Of a stretch of DNA of 64,000 nt, positions 1-12,956 are shown piece by piece. Made by a program: the position numbers and the translations under genes. Source of the DNA: Marsupella aquatica (Eukaryota > Plantae > Marchantiophyta); the NCBI GenBank assembly GCA_973895155.1, contig OZ316891.1:902143-966142 (forward strand), read 5' to 3'. Under the pieces are notes generated by a model that was not told where the DNA came from, ran no database searches, and saw nothing but the letters and a program-made list of their open reading frames with translations. Numbering within the stretch: position 1 is the first letter of the stretch; each line of letters starts with the position of its first letter.

Positions 1-429
1 ACCACGGTTGTGATTCAATGTAAGCATTGTAACTTTATTGATCTACGTAATTTCTAATTCAAATGAGATGTGTGAACTGATGACAATGGACATGAGTGAC
101 GTCCGTGAAATGTTTGTAATCAAGAAGGATTATGTGCAAGAGTGTGCAACTAGCTAACTAAACTATATGGTATCATACCGATAAGATTGCAGAATAATAA
201 AAAGGTAAAGGTGACATAGATTAGGGGGAAAAACCGTTCTGTTCCGGAGAACATATATGGACTAGCAGAGCGAAATGGGAGGCAATATTGGAATCTACAA
301 GCTTGACGAAGCTCGCATCAGAAATTAAGGCAATGCTGTCTGAAGCTGGCGTGTCGGTGCTTGAGCTATCTACTACATATGAGCAGCTCGTTGGAGGGCC
401 AAATTGCAAAAGAGATTCTGCGATTTCTT

Positions 430-1455
430 TCAGTTGCTAGGATCGTAGGATGAAGGTGCGGTACTGGGGTACCAAAGAGGCTCTGGTGCGGAGGTATCTA
501 TATCCCAACCAGCGACAAGGTTTTCCAAGGTATCACCTAATTGAAAATCCTTTTTCAATTTCAAGTTACTGCTGGCCCGCCGCAAATTGGCCTCATGCAC
601 AGGATAGGTTGCAGTTTGAGAGTAACCTTGTGTTTCAGGAATCTGAGTGCGGCCAACAAACGAGAAATTGGGTTTTACGGAATGAAAACTGGCACCCTCA
701 ATACTTTGGAGACCAGGAAGAAAAGAGCCAGGTTGAACATTCCCGTAGTCGGAGTTGATGCTGGGTTCTGCAGCTCTCTTTTTGAGTGCAGGACTCTTCT
801 CAGTGCTCCCAACAAACGAATAATTGGGTTTTACGGAATGAAAGCTGGTAGATTCCCTCCGCTGGGTACCGGGAACGAAAGAACCAAGCGCAACATTACC
901 GTACTCTGAGTCGGAGCTGGGTTCTGGAGCTGTAAACTTTTTGATTGATGAACTCTTCTCGAAGACTCGACAGACCACCCATTCTTGTTGATCGGATCGC
1001 GATTCATCCTCGAGCCTGTACTCGTGCATTACCCAGTTAGTCTTCTGTCCTTTGGGAGCACGGCCAGTGTAGAACACCAGAGTCTTCTTCATTCCTGTGA
1101 GCCGCCCGGCGCTCCTCGCCACAACTTCACGATCTTTGCCTGTGGCTTTCCAGTAGCCTGCCTCAGTAGCACGGTTTGTGCGCATGCCCGTAGGGTACTT
1201 CCTATCCTTGAGAGTGAAGAAGTAAAACGCGCTGTCATCTGTTTGTGCCCTTGCTTGAAGATCCCAAGGCTCGCACTTGTTGAAGTCCACCACTCCAATG
1301 GCTTGAAAAGTCTCACTACTGTTCAGAATTTTCTTCGTCAGATAATAACTTACGAGCTCCTCATCTGTAGGGTAGAAGCGGAAGCCAGGCGGTAAACGTG
1401 AACTCTCATAAGTCTGACCACCCCAACTATTGGGGTCGGAGTTCTGGAAAGACAT
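430..1455 (-). CDS. NAC (NAM/ATAF/CUC) transcription factor, CUC/NAM-like, intronless, 341 aa
   Basis: Complete NAM domain in one ORF: [78 protein letters not shown]. Ser/Pro-rich C-terminus. Confidence 0.95.
   Translation of the reverse strand: MSFQNSDPNSWGGQTYESSRLPPGFRFYPTDEELVSYYLTKKILNSSETFQAIGVVDFNKCEPWDLQARAQTDDSAFYFFTLKDRKYPTGMRTNRATEAGYWKATGKDREVVARSAGRLTGMKKTLVFYTGRAPKGQKTNWVMHEYRLEDESRSDQQEWVVCRVFEKSSSIKKFTAPEPSSDSEYGNVALGSFVPGTQRRESTSFHSVKPNYSFVGSTEKSPALKKRAAEPSINSDYGNVQPGSFLPGLQSIEGASFHSVKPNFSFVGRTQIPETQGYSQTATYPVHEANLRRASSNLKLKKDFQLGDTLENLVAGWDIDTSAPEPLWYPSTAPSSYDPSN
646..924 (-). repeat. In-frame internal duplication (156-bp / 52-aa period) in the NAC C-terminal region
   Basis: GGGTTTTACGGAATGAAA occurs at 670 and 826; protein [27 protein letters not shown] occurs twice. 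Confidence 0.9.
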
Positions 1456-4400
1456 CCCCTCAGAACGTACGCTTGAGACGTGCTTTCTACTCCTGCACCA
1501 GCACCAAATGTGTTGACAAGAGGTAAAATCAACGAGCTATCTTCTCGTTTGCTTCGTCGACGGGGCACTGCAGACTAATTGCAGCTCAGCCGCTCCAAAT
1601 CCAACGAACGCAAAATTCATGTAAGCCCTACCGCGAAAGATTTCTTCCTTCGCTTTCGTCGATCGAGGCCAGTGAAACTTGAGGTGCTTGAAGCCAAAAT
1701 TGGAGATCAGATCTCTTATAAGCAGGCCGTTTCGCCACTTTCTAGATACACCAATGAAACTCTATGATTGTAATCAGTTGCAAATAAAACTCGACAGCGC
1801 CACTCCCAAACTGCCCCTCCTGGATCTACAGATGACAACACAATTTCCTATCAACAATAGAGCCAAAATCAAAGCTGCCTGGAGGCTAAGCCTTCACCTC
1901 CCCTATTGCCGACGATGACTGGAACGAATCAGTCGGGCCGTCATATGGGAACTCTCTCGGGAACTTGCCTTCTATACAACCGAGTACTTCGTCAATCGGA
2001 AACCACGTACTGCGTCCGGTGGGACCCGGAACCACTCCACGTCGGTAAAGCATAGAGTGTCCCAACAAAGCTTCTTTCAGAAGCCCAGTCGGGCAAAAGG
2101 AGGGAACATGATTGACTTGGTGACGACATCTGCGGTACCGTACTGGACCGTACTGGACAGCAGGTCTACTGAATCGAAGCGATTGAACTGGATTTGCGCG
2201 TGGGTGCTGGAAAATAGGGAGCACAGTACGTACGTGGGGCCCAGCTTCATTCCCTCCGGCTAGCCGATAGGGGGGAAAAGAGTACATGGCAAGAAACGCC
2301 CACCAAGCTACAGTACTCTGACTAGCTTCGTTGTCACAAGTTGTCGTTCCTCAGGTTGTTTCGCACTTATTATTGTACTCCATATAATTTTTCCAATCCC
2401 TCCGCGTCTTCCTGACACTGTTTCTTTCGCTGACAGGACCGACGATGCGTGAGTCAAGTCCCTGCCAAGCTCGTGACTACAAGACCATGATCAAGGTACC
2501 TGAGGGTCTAGCGGCACCTGGGTGGCTCTCTCTACTTGGGATATTAGAAGTCTTACTGCTGTGTTTGATTTGCATTGAGCCTACCGTAACCCGGCGAAAA
2601 TTTGAAAGCACAACTGGATCGGATGTACATGCATAACAATTCTCAAGCTTTCATCTACTTGGAATTGCATGTATGAACAGTTCTGAATGGATTCATATAT
2701 ATTCATTCTGGTGTCGTCCTGGGTTCCATTATCTGATTTGCCGTAATGGCCAAGAAATGACAGCAAAAGTTTGTTGTGGTAACTTCTCCAATCAGTAAGA
2801 TTGGTCATTAGATCCTCGGCGTACGACACACCGGAAATTCGGATATGGTCCGGCAAATTGTCTTAGTGTACGTGGGTTCGTAGAGTCCTCTGACAAATCG
2901 ACGTGCTGTAGGAATATATGCAACAAAAAGAGGAAATATAAAATGAAGATACGACCCACGTCTCTCCGACGTACGTTTCTAGCTGACATGAGAAATTTGA
3001 TGTTTGATGATGGCGTCGTTTTTTCTCCGTTCCCTCAACTTTTGTCGATCCGTACTTTTAGAGAAGGTTTTATTTTGGAGTAGAGGAACTTTTCTGCTGC
3101 AAGTGTACTGTTGAACAGAAGGGAGATCTGAGCGTGCACTTTTCAAACGATTGCTTGATTCGAAGAAACCCCAACCGATCCCGAATTTCATCAAGGTTCG
3201 TATAAATAATGTTGCAGAAATCTTCATGACACGCAATACAGTTAATTCACGCAGAGGTTTCACAGCAGTGAGTGCTAGAGATCAAATTGATCATTCTGCA
3301 AGAGGTATGTAAAATTATACTGCTTCAGATTGCAAGAAAGATTTCCCGGGCACAAAAACTTTCCTTCCTATATACACGGCGATCGGATGGAATCAATTCG
3401 ATAACTCCTATGGATATATCTTCTTTCTAGTGGTCTCCCTGTCCGGATTGGTGAGAACCTCCCTGTGCAGCGTGCAAAGCGTTGAACAAAGAGTTTAAAA
3501 AGAAGCGCTAGCCAAGAAGGCGCGGAGGGAAGCCGCCAAAATTCCACGAAAGAAAGATTCAACCCTTCTTGGATACACAAACCATGCCTAGCTTCGGGCG
3601 CAAGAAAGCTCAAACATGAACACACTTTTGGCAAGTACAACACCGTGGAGGAACTAGAGCCTCCCATATGTATAAATATATATAGAGATGTATACACTCC
3701 CTCAGAACCTCCGACCTGCAGTTCCTTCGTCAGTGCACACAGCATCCAGCTTGGAGCCAGAAATTCCTTCCTGTGACTATGCAAAACGTAATCGAAGTCG
3801 AGACCAGAGGTGGACTAACTCAGCAAAGCGAGAGACTTCCCACTTCCCTACGCATGTCAGTGTCGCGTGACTTACGTGCATTCTGTCAGAAATTCGTTTG
3901 TGAAGTTTAAAACGCATCAGGAGACCAGATCCGGAGATCGAGTTAAAATTGAATTGGACAATTGGAGCTGCAAGAGAAAGAGCCCAGAAACTCTGACCAC
4001 TTTCCCTCTGCCGATCAAAGATTCATAACGTGGAACATTTATACCCAGCTTGAGCATCCAAATAATAGCATCGGGCCCGGCTTAGGGAGATGTTCCTCAT
4101 ATACTTCCCCGACAATTCCTGTACCATATGGATTCCGTTCTCGATATCTCCTAGCTCCTCTCCCAGTCTTCAATAGGGTAGCTTCCCATTTTCTGCGGCC
4201 TCTAGGTTTATGTCTCGATGTCGGTGTATTTTGGTTTTCTCCTTTCAACCGAGGTCTCGATCGCAAAGACAAACTAAGATGGCCTGTATTCGGACTGTTT
4301 TTCTCAATTACAGGCACGGTCCAACTTTTGAACACAACGCCCAGCTGCTGTGCCATAGAGGAGGGGAAGGGGGGGGGGGGGCGGGGGGGGGGGGGGGTTT

Positions 4401-4773
4401 GTTACATGAAATGAGCAAAAGACATTTCGTCTTTTTGCAAAACCCCCATGTCACACCCTCATTGACTGAACCCCACCATACTGGGAAATCAATAAATACA
4501 AATCAAGCAGCCAACGACAAATTAAGGCCACCTTTGGAAGGTGGTATAAAGTGTTCATTCTTTTAGTTGTTTAAGACCAGGTTTGACCTACATTCCAACA
4601 AAAGTATAAAATTTCCACATAACAAATAGCCCTTAACACTATTGATTAGGTGTCACCCCTTTGTAAGACTAGCTTGCCCCTCCCCAAACCTAGCTCCTCC
4701 CCATGCAAACTATCACCGTCCTCCCTGGCTGTAATCCTATGCACCTCAGAGCTACAACCCTCCTTGCAACCCC

Positions 4774-5460
4774 GAGTTAAATCTACGTCAAGTTAATGCG
4801 CCCCCACTTTCCCAAAGGCGCCGTACACTGCCCGTCCCACTCCCTGATGCTGCTGCCCACTCCGGCCCGAGTTTGCCAGAATATAAACTAATACTCCAAC
4901 ATTTTGTCGCCCGTTCCGGCCCGATCAACTTTGTGTCGTCGACTTTGGGTTCATGTTTTGGCACCCATCACTTTTTGTTGCGCGCTCTGGCCCAATTGAC
5001 TTTGTGTCATCAACTTCTTCGTTGTGGAGTCATGGTTTATGTTCTGGCAAAACTTCTTTCCAATGGAGTCATACCTATTTCATGACAGAGTAAGTGTTCA
5101 AGGGGAGCCTAATACCTTGAATGAGATCATGATTAATAGAGTCTTGATTTATGTTTTCCAAAACATTTATTCTCTATGGAGCTGGTGTTTATGTTTTGGC
5201 AAAATTTCTTTCCAAAAAGTTGATGGCACAAGTCGATCGGGCCGGAGTGGGCGACAAATTGTGAAGGGTGCCAAAACATAACCCAAAGTCGATGGCACAA
5301 AGTTGATCAGGCCGGAGCGGGCGACCAAATGTTAGACTATTGGTTTATGTTCTAGCCGGAAAACTCAGGCCGGAGTGGGCAACAGCATCGGGGACTGGGA
5401 CGGACAGAGTACGGTGCCCCAGGAAAGTGGGGGCACATTAACTTGACGTAGATTTAACTC
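4774..5460. mobile_element. Foldback/MITE-like non-autonomous DNA transposon with ~245-bp imperfect terminal inverted repeats (TIRs)
   Basis: GAGTTAAATCTACGTCAAGTTAATG... at 4774 mirrors ...CATTAACTTGACGTAGATTTAACTC ending 5460; inverted similarity continues ~245 bp inward. No clear TSD. Confidence 0.8.
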
Positions 5461-5873
5461 ACAGTATCCTTGCACCTTGCCCGGCACTCCATTGATGAAA
5501 GAATGATGGCCGAGACTTACCGCAAAGCAAACTAAGGTTCATTTCCCATCTGTTGTAAGTTTGTTGTAGACAGCATTGTCTACAATGCTTGAATGGCCAT
5601 CCAGATGTAATTAGATAGATTACAAATTTCATACTATGCTGTAAAAGATGACTTCATAAAACATAGGCAACATATAGGCCAGCTGGCTACTGCATTTATA
5701 TATATATATATAGTGTTTTTTTTCTTGGGTAAGGGGAACAATGGCTTCCAAAAAAATGACTCTCTAGCTTGTAAGGGAAGATGCAGTCAAAGCCACTGAT
5801 TTCAGAGGAAGTGTATTTTTTATAAATCTTACTGTCTTATAAAGCATGAAACCCAAGCTAGAGTTGGGGTCTA

Positions 5874-6581
5874 CCGTCTTCCCCCACACACAATGCCCAG
5901 GCACTATATTCGAATAGTGGGCCATGGGGCGCTGTATTCAAATAGTGCGCCTAGGGCATTGTGTTTGAGTTTTGACTCTATGTTTTGGAATTTTTTACCT
6001 TGTGGCATTGTGTTTGTATAGTGGTGTTGTGTTCAAATTTAGACATTGTGATGAATTTAGGATGTAAGCAGGAATGATAGGCATAGAATTTAGGGTGTCA
6101 GCAGGAATGAAAGGCTAATGCTTCCAGACCATTTCAGCCCTGGCCAAATTTGGTGAGACAAAATAAAACAATGGTTTAGAAAATCATTCTCTGATTTCTA
6201 TTGCGTTTGCACATGGATGTAACTAAGAGTTGTCAAGTGCCATTTCAATTGAGTATGTGTGGGAAATATTGCTCCTAGCATTGTTGTCAAGATGTGAAGG
6301 TTATCAACAGTTTTTTTTGTTTACTTTGCTTATGCTTTGATTGTAATTCATGAACTTGCACTTTTTGTGCTCAATGCTGTCAAGATTAGGAAAAACTGAA
6401 ACACAACCCTGAATATTCAAACACAATGCCATATTTAAACACAACGCCATATTCAAACACAACGCCCGGGCGTTGTGTTAAAATGACATTGTGTTTGAGT
6501 TAAAACTACTTTTTCTTACCAAGACTAAAAAATTTCAACTTTCAAAGACAACGCCCGGGCACTGTGTTCAGGGGAAGACGG
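5874..6581. mobile_element. Tc1/mariner(pogo)-type MITE with TA TSD
   Basis: C-TA-[CCGTCTTCCCC ... GGGGAAGACGG]-TA-G; subterminal ACACAATGCC / GGCATTGTGT repeats in both orientations. Confidence 0.8.
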
Positions 6582-7526
6582 TAGGCTTTTAGAATGAAGT
6601 CTCTAGACTAGAGCTCTATCATGGCCCACCATGTGGATGGGAAGACTCGTGAGTATGATATTATATGGCAAATATATGATGCATACTTTTGTCATGCTTT
6701 CTATTTACATACAAAGAATGGGCATTCCAACAGGCTCATATTCAATCAAATCAATATAATGATTTAAGGAATCATGTTAACACCTCACAGGCTGCCATAC
6801 TTTTCACATACTTATGCACAATTGAAGCGTGAACATCACATATTACCAAAAGCAACAACAAATATATAATTCAGAATTCCTAGTGTGGCTCCTGAAATTT
6901 TTAGAAGAAAGTTTTTATTGTGAAATTGGGAGCTTACTTGATAGCAGACAAGTAGAAACGCCCTCAGCTGTAATGGCTCCAAAAGATGGCCAACTGTTAA
7001 AATGCATGTTTCTAACTAGCAACAAATAATTAAGTAGAAATTCCTTCACAGACTCTAGCTTCTGGCCCACCTGAATAGGGGACTGCTCAGGGGACTGCAG
7101 CCCATTGTTCCTTTGCCAGATTTTTGCCAAATTCTTAAACTTGCTAAACCCTTAACTTGTTTGCTGGAGTGATTGATGCAAAGGAGAACACGATTGAGGC
7201 ATGTAGTACTAAAGTTGCCAAATACCTCGGTAGATGCAGTGACAAACTGGCAGATGTAATGGTTCAAATTACATCTAGGAAGATTGGATGGCTACATGCA
7301 TTTGTGACTAGTACATATTTGACAAAAATACCTCGCCTATCAAAAATGGAATTGCCAAACTACCCTCAGTCTCTGAAAAAGTTTAAATACGAAGGCTGAT
7401 CAAGGTCGCTGTTCTAGTACTTTTTGTATATAAGAATGTACCCTTTCCAGAGTTAGAGAAACTATTATTCCCAACAATGCTAGTAACAAGGACTTAATAC
7501 AATTTTATTCATAAATCGTTTTAATG

Positions 7527-7975
7527 CCAGAAGGGCGTTGGGATGTGCTTTGCTCATTTCTCAGTTGATGTACGTACTATGGATTAGAATAGTGGCTGAA
7601 ATTGTTAGAATGGCTTTGGGATGTGCTTTGCTTAGTACTCACTTGATCTACTCTGAATAGGAATAGGGGCCGAAATTGCCAGAAGGAGGGGATGTGCTTT
7701 GCCCATTTCTCACTTAAATCACACCTGCCCCTATAAAGGGCTACGGGTAACCCGTAGCTCTCATTTTGTAGAGTACAAGTTCAGAAATGGGCTTTGAGCT
7801 CCACAAAAGATGCTAACTGCAAAAGCTTTTTTTGGCAAGTACTCCACAAAAGGTGCTAGTGTTCCACTTTTTATGGTGAGTAGTGAGCCATGGAATGAGA
7901 CTTTTATAGTGAGAGGTGTGGTTTAACGTACTCGGGATTGGAATAGAAGCTGAAATTGCCAAAAGGTTTAGGGGT
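7527..7975. repeat. Degenerate ~80-bp tandem repeat (3-4 units), interrupted by a MITE
   Basis: Recurrent GCTGAAATTG(C/T)(C/T)AGAA..GG..GGGATGTGCTTTGC motif. Confidence 0.7.
7718..7922. mobile_element. ~205-bp MITE flanked by TTAA, with an internal hairpin
   Basis: TTAA-[ATCACACCTGCCCCTATAAA ... TTTATAGTGAGAGGTGTGGT]-TTAA. Removing it restores the host repeat unit (CACTTAACGTACT). Hairpin GCTACGGG-TAA-CCCGTAGC at ~7740. Confidence 0.65.
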
Positions 7976-9071
7976 GTCCTCTTCAGACCTGCTTGAGAAG
8001 AATGAGACAGCTTCAAGTTTGTAGCGCTACCCCATAACCTAAGCAGAATTTCGTGCATCAATTCTTGGTTACTTATTTGGCTCAACCATAGTAATATCAC
8101 ACAGCCCCCAAAACTGACCAGAGTTTCATGAGTAGATTCTTGGATACAGTTTTTGGGCTTCTCTATAGTCATCACCCTTCTTTTCACCCCTTCATTTCTT
8201 TGCTCATTTGCTCATTTAGAGCGAAAATTCTAAATTCTGCAGAAGGAGAATCAAGCATTTGTCGGAGCATTTTGCAGACATAGATCATTTATGGTTAAAA
8301 GCTTTCACCGTGGAATTCTTGTAGTCATATACTGTCGATAACTGCAATTCATATCGATAGTCAATGGCAAAAGCGTGGTTTTGTCTAGCTGAAATTCTTA
8401 AACGAAGCCCCGACTGCATCAATTAGAAGTGGCATCCATCAATTAGAGAGGATTTCCTCTTCATACTATCTAATGTGCTCTGTTTCACTTCACTCTGTGG
8501 GTAAGTTACTGTGGCCTGAGATCTCATCATCCGGTCATTACCTCAATGAATCCGACTTCTCTTAAATGAAATGAAAATGTTCTTCTCCAGGAATCCATTA
8601 ATCTCCAGGATAATTTACAAGTATTTCGTCCACTTGAGTCAACACGGACATGGGCTAGAAAATTTCAAAGTCTGAAATCGAAATCTGTAATAACCTTGTT
8701 CGATCCAGAATGGTCATCAGGTGCCAAATAGATGCGCATGCTGTGTGATCGGTGACGAATTGACCGACGATCATAAGACTTTGGTTTATTTACCAATCGA
8801 TCTCCAACTACAAAAGAAATTGAATATCTGAAAAAAATTGAGGTCCCTTCACCACAATTGAACTACTACTAAAATTGAAAAGGACAGAACTAACCATAAA
8901 CTCTGGTCCATGGACTGCTCTTGAACTCCAACTATTGGAAACCTTTTTTTACAGAATTGACCAATGAATTGGCATGGTCAAATCTAAACCAGATCCACTA
9001 AGTTTCTAAGTCTAAGAGAAAAGGACATACCACAGTCTACAAGCTGTAACTCAGTTCCAAAGTATTCTGCT

Positions 9072-9896
9072 TTAAGCCCCTTCCTTTAACAGTGCTCGAT
9101 CCCAGTAGTACACACCATGGCCATCATGCCCAATCCTCCGTAATTGGGCGACAAGTTCAGAAACCTCCCTGATGGATTCAATCTGTTCTGTCAGCCACAC
9201 GCTCTTTACGTAGTGCGCCAGTTCCACATCATGCGCCTCCTCAGCAGCCTTATGTAAAGCGTATAGTTTCTCTGTGACTAACTTCTCCAGAGACAGAGTA
9301 AGCTCCATGGCGAACAGCGCATCACCCTTCTCGGCATTATCAAATTCCATCTGAGGTAAGAGAATAGACTGCAATTTCACCCGGCCTCCCCTCTTGTTTT
9401 GGTAAGTCATGAACATCTCCGCATGCTGCCTTTCTTCCTCACTCTGTTCTCTGAAGTACTTAGCCAGCCCCGGGAGTGCGACGTTATCCCGGTCGAAGTA
9501 TGAGAACAAGGTGTGGTAGACATAAGAAGCGTTGTACTCCACATTGATCTGGTTGTTGATAGCGGACTCGCAAGAAACGTCGAACCTCTGGCGAGCCAAG
9601 GACTCATGAGCGTTCCCCGGCAGCTGCACAATCTGGGTAGAAGCGACCTCTCTGAAGGGCTCGAAGACCACTCCTGCCAGAGTCTTCTCACCTTGTTCAC
9701 GTGCTGCAGTAGCTCTGACGGCCACGAGAGTCGACGGAGTCACCTGATGTCGAAGAAGACCACCAGAACGTGCTGCAGCACTTTCAAAGTTCACTCTCTG
9801 CGTGAATCCTCGAGAAGAGTCGCCGACGCACCCTGCAGCCAAAGCGAGCGAGGAGCAGCTGCCCGCCATAGGAATCGACATCACGTTGGCCGACAT
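9072..9896 (-). CDS. FER: Ferritin, plastid-targeted plant type, intronless CDS (~274 aa from first ATG)
   Basis: Ser/Ala/Arg-rich transit peptide; GVVFEPF extension peptide; [54 protein letters not shown] (ferroxidase ligands present). Probable 5'UTR acceptor TTTCGCAG at ~9938. Confidence 0.95.
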   Translation of the reverse strand: MSANVMSIPMAGSCSSLALAAGCVGDSSRGFTQRVNFESAAARSGGLLRHQVTPSTLVAVRATAAREQGEKTLAGVVFEPFREVASTQIVQLPGNAHESLARQRFDVSCESAINNQINVEYNASYVYHTLFSYFDRDNVALPGLAKYFREQSEEERQHAEMFMTYQNKRGGRVKLQSILLPQMEFDNAEKGDALFAMELTLSLEKLVTEKLYALHKAAEEAHDVELAHYVKSVWLTEQIESIREVSELVAQLRRIGHDGHGVYYWDRALLKEGA

Positions 9897-10419
9897 ACCT
9901 TGACTTGGTACCAACCCACAAAACGATCCGCTCTGGCCCTGCGAAAGGAACTCAATTCAACCTCGACTCGACTCGACTCAATGGGCTCCCCCGGTTATTA
10001 TTGATTTTTGAACAAAGCCTTTCTTTTTTCCTCGAGAATTTTCGCTCAATCACATGAAGAAAAGCAACAGACGAAGTGGTTAGCTCTCCAGGGAATGAAC
10101 AGAGATCTTCGGCAACGATCGGGACAAATTCGTATCGATGAGCGAAGGGAACAAGAACTACTGGAGCGGAGCAAAGAATTCAATCAAGCTCAGCTTTGCT
10201 AAGATCGATTCAAAGGAGCTCCACCGGGATTGTCAACAAAAGTTTTCAAAGATCTTCGAAGTACAGTCGTGCCGATCAGTGACGGGAGAGCATGAACCAG
10301 ATGTCAAAGGGATTGCACGCTGGGTGAATTGGTTGGAAGTGCGGATCGGGGCGGCCATCAGCTGCATGCTCGCAACTTGTTGCTTCCCACTACACTTGTC
10401 GAGCTCGCTTAGCTGCCAT

Positions 10420-10806
10420 TTGTCCCTCCTCAGAAATGCCAACAATGCCTGCGGACTTCTAAGGGCCCATCTTTTTGGCTCCTCCAGGGAGTCTTGGTCC
10501 CTCCTCAGAAAGGCCAACAATGCCTTGGGACTTTCCAAGGGCCCTGGGTTTTGGCTCCTCTAGGGAGTCTTTGTCCCTCCTCAGAAAGGCCCAACAATAC
10601 CTAGGGACTTCTAAGGGCCCTGGGTTTTGGCTCCAGACCTCTAACCAGGGAGTCTTGTCCCTCCTCAGAAAGGCCAACAATGCATACTTAGGGACTTCAA
10701 AGGGCCCTGGGTTTTGGCTCCAGACCTCTGGGAGTCTTTGTCCCTCAGAAAGGCCAACAATGCCTGGGACTTCTAAGGGCCCTGGGTTTTGGCTCCTCTA
10801 GGGAGG
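10420..10806. repeat. Minisatellite, 5 units of 75-84 bp
   Basis: GTCCCT(CCT)CAGAAAGGCCAACAATGCC..GGGACTTCTAAGGGCCCTGGGTTTTGGCTCC starts at ~10422, 10497, 10573, 10657, 10740. Confidence 0.9.
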
Positions 10807-11219
10807 CAATACCCGTGACAACAACTTTGTGGTTACTCAAGCAGTACAGTTGATACTGGCGACGACACCTTTTATTTAGTTTACTCCCTTCAGCTGTAAG
10901 AAGAGACAATGAGAGGTGGAAAAAAGAGGCATTAAAGACAAACGTAATTTCCCCTTATTTCTTGTTTATCTTTGCCCCCATCCTTATTTTTTGTCTGCAT
11001 CCTCACTTTCAATCCTGCCTTCACTTAGAGTTCTGATCTGGAGGCTTGACTCTATTAAACAGTCGGCCAAGGATATAATTTTTATCACACTTTATTAGTT
11101 CAATTGTAAGTAGCAATAGATACTGGTGAGGACACCTTGTTTTTAATTTATAGTAACTAGCAATTATGGTCAAATGATAGTCAGCGCCAACCTTGTTGAA
11201 CATAATTTTCTCTTGCATT

Positions 11220-11870
11220 TGAAATAAGCTTCACATCACCCTGGCCACATTACAATCTTCAAAACAGACCAAAGACCCCAATAGAAACTAAACAGTCTGA
11301 TTATATTAATGTCTCCCGGACTTAGATCCAAAAAAGCTAAAAGACCCTATCCCGACAGTTCTAGTCAAAATAAGCATCAGTATTCCCTTGGGCCCACAGT
11401 GTGCCATCTACGACATGTAGACTCAACACCATACTTGATTAGGGCTCCATTCTAGATTTAATCCCAGAGGGATTGTCAAAAAGAAGGAACATGAGCTAGC
11501 CCCAAAAGTCTTTTAAAGCCGCCCTGAGAATGCTTAATAATGTCCTACTCCCTAACCCCCAAATAAAACTTATTATAAACAATTAATGATGAGAGAAGCT
11601 GTTAGTTATATTGGTTGGGAAGCTCGCTCTAATAAGGCATAATTAGATACCAGGTGAATGGATCACAGAGCACCCCCACAGGCCAAGCTCTAGTCAGGAC
11701 AAAATTGAGTTGGAGTGGAAATCTGTTTACATCTCCAATAGGACTAATTTGGCCGGCCAACTTCTCCACGTACCTCTCTAAAACACTTTATATTGAAGCA
11801 CCACCTCAAATCTTAGTGAGGGCAGTAAAACTTTTGCACAAGACAACAAAGTTAGACTTCTGAGGGGGAT
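11220..11870 (-). mobile_element. Possible highly decayed LINE endonuclease remnant
   Basis: Minus strand shows a degenerate GG(D)FN-like motif (~11800) followed by FTW (~11650), the order seen in APE domains. Many stops. Confidence 0.3.
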
Positions 11871-12956
11871 GTGAGAGGTACACTATATTGTTGTTCATGC
11901 CAAAGAAAGAGGGGAAGCAAAATGGGAGGCAAAGAAGAAAAAAAAAGAAAAAGGTAAGGGTGAATGCAAAAGGGCATGATGGGAAAATCCACTCATTTTC
12001 CCATCACTAGGACCGAGGAGTATCCTCTCCTGTCTTATCCATGCGCAGGAGGGGGAGGGTGAAGACCGAGGAGGACCCACCCATTTGCACTATTGTAGTG
12101 GAGAAATGAGAAATCAATTCAAAGCTCCCATGGACCACAAGGTTGGGAGTTGAAATCCATAAACTGCATTTACCAAAATTTTAGTTGATAACCTAAAGTT
12201 GATATTCCTTATTCAAATATTCTAGTTTGGGGATACCCTAGAGGATTAGGTATATTAACTAAGCTACACTTCCATCAAAGTGACAGTGATTCTGTTGCCC
12301 TTTTGGCTGACTGAGTTGTTTTATCCTAAAACGAGGAGGGGTAAATTCTATTAGATTGATTTCCATGAATGATGTTAATATGGCCATTTGGGATTGTGTT
12401 TTTCAACGTCTCCTCCTTCTCTAGTTGCCTTACAGATGCAAAACAAATTATGGACTAGTCATCCTCAAATTATGGAGTAGTCAAAGATGGCCCCAGAATG
12501 CCATGGGACCACCCAAATGCAGTCCACCGGAGTCCTATGTCCAAGAAAGTGGTCCATCTTGGCGTTGGTTTAGGAGATATAGTCTGAATTCTTAATTAGA
12601 AAACGTGCATGCACACAATGTACAGGATAAGATGAGTCCAAATAACAGACGTCCGTGAAGAAAATCAAATTAACCTATGGAAATGATTGCTTTCGTCTCA
12701 TTTTCGCCTGGAGGATAGCTCATGATCGTAGAACCTGAATCAATCAGAAACCTTTGGAAGTTTGTAGTCTTAGTTCCGTCGTTGAATCAAAAATCAGTGC
12801 CCAAAGTTTGGCTTCAAATCTCGTGTATATTAAATGGCTCGACTTCAGAGTCAAAGATGGGTCCTCAAGAGTTGCCCAAACTACATTGATACCACGACCT
12901 GACTTAATGAGAGGTCCTCAATAAGATTTAATTAGCTCCTACGTAGAATCTGCTAA

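Noticed and set aside
221-409. Extra exon or second ORF downstream of NAC
   Set aside because: No ATG start, no convincing splice pair, and no recognisable motif.
4362-4397. G-run as a functional G-quadruplex (also C-run at ~31552)
   Set aside because: Simple homopolymer tracts prone to slippage and sequencing error; no supporting context.
6829-7399. Short ORFs as exons of an unknown gene
   Set aside because: No recognisable domain or coherent exon chain.
10420-10806. CRISPR-like array, or the ORFs spanning this repeat
   Set aside because: Eukaryotic context, no unique spacers and no cas genes; it is a plain minisatellite and the ORFs are repeat artefacts.
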